Positions 62,328-64,000 of a stretch of DNA of 64,000 nt are shown in pieces; the stretch's first letter is position 1; each line of letters opens with the position of its first letter. Under the pieces are notes generated by a model. That model saw only the letters and a program-made list of their open reading frames with translations, did not search any database and was not told where the DNA came from. Made by a program: the position numbers and the translations under genes. This DNA is from a virus. Taxonomy: Duplodnaviria; Caudoviricetes. The DNA lies in the IMG/VR virus record IMGVR_UViG_2645727714_000001, positions 26,034 to 90,033 of that record, one strand, 5' to 3'.

Positions 62328-62593
62328 TGGCCACACGTGCCGCCAACGTGGGGCAGGACCGGGTTCCGCCCGGCCTGGCCCGCATCCTGGCCCCACTGGA
62401 CGCCTATGACGGCGAGGAGCCGTTCGGTGCCGTGACGGCCGCGCGCCTGCTCGACGTGGAGCCGCGGACCGTGACCTCTTGGGCTACCGCCCGCCAGCTG
62501 TCGGGCCTGCTGCTGTCCCGGTCGATCGGGTGGCGCTTCACCGTGGTGGACCTGCGGGAGTTCCTCACCCGTCGCTACTACCGGGCAAACTAG
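62327..62593 (+). CDS. excisionase-like HTH_17 protein
   Basis: AARLLDVEPRTVTSWA...GWRF; immediately upstream of the integrase. Confidence 0.75.
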   Translation: MATRAANVGQDRVPPGLARILAPLDAYDGEEPFGAVTAARLLDVEPRTVTSWATARQLSGLLLSRSIGWRFTVVDLREFLTRRYYRAN

Positions 62594-62686
62594 CGGACCA
62601 GCTGGTGACCGTCACCGCGGGTCACCCTCCAACCGCGGGCGGGTGGCGTCGAGGTGGGCCGGCGTTGGTGCTTACATAGACCGACA

Positions 62687-64000
62687 ATGGCCTCCTTCGA
62701 AAAGCTGCCCGCCCGCTCGGGTGACGGCCTGCGCCGGATCCGGGTCAAGCTGGTTCGGGCCCACCATCGGGCGCCCACGGATCAGACCATGTGGCGCCCG
62801 ATCTTCGATACCAAGGCGGCGGCGCGGTCCTGGGTGGTCAAGGCCGAGAAGCACTTGGACTACGGCCATGTGCCGGACTGCCTGTGCGAGTCGATGTCCT
62901 CCGCGTGCACAGGCCTGACTACTCCGGCCCCGCCGGTCGAGCCGCCGAAGCCCGCGGCCGAGACGCTGACTCTGACCACCTGGCGCGAGCGGTGGTGGCC
63001 CACCTACTGCCGGTCGACCCGGAAAGCTGCGCGCAGCATCGAGGAGACGGACCGGCGCTGGCGGCTGCACCTCGAACCCCGATGGGGCGAGAGCCCTCTG
63101 GCCGCCTTCGACCGGCTCGACATCCAGGACTGGGTCGATGAGGAGCTCGCCGGATGGAAGGCACCCGGCACGGTCGAGCTGATTTACAAGGACCTCCAGC
63201 TCCTGTTGTCCGCGGCGGCGGACAACCGCCCTCCGATCCTGACCTACAACCCTTGCTACAAGATTCGGCTCCCCGAGGGGAATGGCGCCGAGGCTATTCA
63301 CACCGACACAGCCGGCATCGCGCGAATAGCCGATCGCTGTGACTTCTACCGGGACCTGGTGTGGTGCCTGTACGGCAGCGGATGGCGTTGGGCTGAGATG
63401 GCCGGGCTGCGTGACGATCTGGTCGTCACCGGCAATCGCGACGCCGACGACAACGGGCCGTGCATCGACCGCGAGGCCGGGGTGCTGCGCATTCACCCGG
63501 AGCTGGGTTGCCTGGTCGAATCGAGTGGGAGTCTGGCCTCGGGCCCTCCGAAGACCCGCGGGTCTGCGCGGACCACCCCTGTCCCGGAGTTCGTGTTCGA
63601 CATGATCGACGCGCGCTTGGACGTGATGCCGAAGAAGGGCGAGCGGGACTCGTTCGTCTGGCACGGCCCGCGCGGCGGACTGCTGCGGCGGTCCGGGTTC
63701 AACCGCCGGGTATGGCGGCCGGCATGTGACGGCCGCGAGGAGGAGCCGAAGCGGCGGGGAACGCCGGGGCGCCCAGCGTGGGATCCGCTTGTGCCTGGCA
63801 TGAAGGTCCACGGCATTCGCCATTCGCACAAGGCGGTACTGGAAGCGGCTGGCATTCCCGACTCGGCCATCGAGGCCCGCCTCGGCCACAGCCGTGGCGG
63901 TCGGGGCATTTCCGGGGTCTACTCCCACGTGCTGCCCGAGACCGAGGATCGGATCGTGAAGGTGCTCCAGTCCCGCTATGAGGCCGCGATCCTGCTCTGA
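62687..64000 (+). CDS. int: tyrosine integrase
   Basis: catalytic set intact: SGWRWAE (R), PKT (K), HGIRH, LGH, GVYSH (Y). Confidence 0.92.
   Translation: MASFEKLPARSGDGLRRIRVKLVRAHHRAPTDQTMWRPIFDTKAAARSWVVKAEKHLDYGHVPDCLCESMSSACTGLTTPAPPVEPPKPAAETLTLTTWRERWWPTYCRSTRKAARSIEETDRRWRLHLEPRWGESPLAAFDRLDIQDWVDEELAGWKAPGTVELIYKDLQLLLSAAADNRPPILTYNPCYKIRLPEGNGAEAIHTDTAGIARIADRCDFYRDLVWCLYGSGWRWAEMAGLRDDLVVTGNRDADDNGPCIDREAGVLRIHPELGCLVESSGSLASGPPKTRGSARTTPVPEFVFDMIDARLDVMPKKGERDSFVWHGPRGGLLRRSGFNRRVWRPACDGREEEPKRRGTPGRPAWDPLVPGMKVHGIRHSHKAVLEAAGIPDSAIEARLGHSRGGRGISGVYSHVLPETEDRIVKVLQSRYEAAILL

Larger units (their letters stand above)
1..64000. mobile_element. Temperate siphovirus-type actinophage or prophage (probably incomplete: no helicase, primase or att sites recognised)
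   Basis: Terminase, portal, capsid, tape measure, tail chaperone frameshift, endolysin, repressor-like gene and tyrosine integrase are all present; no host housekeeping genes seen. Confidence 0.95.

Overview
The window is most of a high-GC, temperate siphovirus-type (pro)phage of an actinomycete. The EAD1-like moron, WhiB and gene content suggest a filamentous actinobacterial host such as a Frankia relative (inference). Layout: (1) 1-4.9 kb rightward accessory genes: a tandem paralog pair, a membrane-flanked HNH, a GT4 glycosyltransferase and a SAM methyltransferase. (2) 4.9-8.5 kb a self-contained divergent module with its own operator pair and repeated 13-mers. (3) 8.5-37.75 kb one long leftward late region, read right to left: ParB-like gene, DpdA/TGT-like gene, queC, queD, queE, folE, terminase small and large, portal, MuF, scaffold, an antisense low-GC EAD1 moron, major capsid, a block of extra fibre-like genes, head-tail genes, major tail, G/GT chaperones with a GGGAAAA frameshift, tape measure with a lytic transglycosylase, and minor tails. 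(4) 37.8-39.9 kb a divergent lysis cassette with an amidase endolysin, then a GH26 glycoside hydrolase. (5) 41.6-52.5 kb a leftward early operon of many small ORFs. (6) 52.5-54.1 kb an immunity cassette bracketed by two near-identical outward-facing 36-bp promoter-like elements. (7) 54.1-64 kb a rightward early operon (DnaQ-like, Cas4-like exonuclease with an alpha-CTD-like tail, Gp3-like, WhiB, Xis-like) ending in a tyrosine integrase. The most notable items are a complete preQ0 DNA-modification module wired into the packaging operon of a temperate phage, and orphan host-immunity-type domains (EAD1-like, DUF7680-like) that may be decoys. All family calls come from motifs recognised by eye; no database searches were run.
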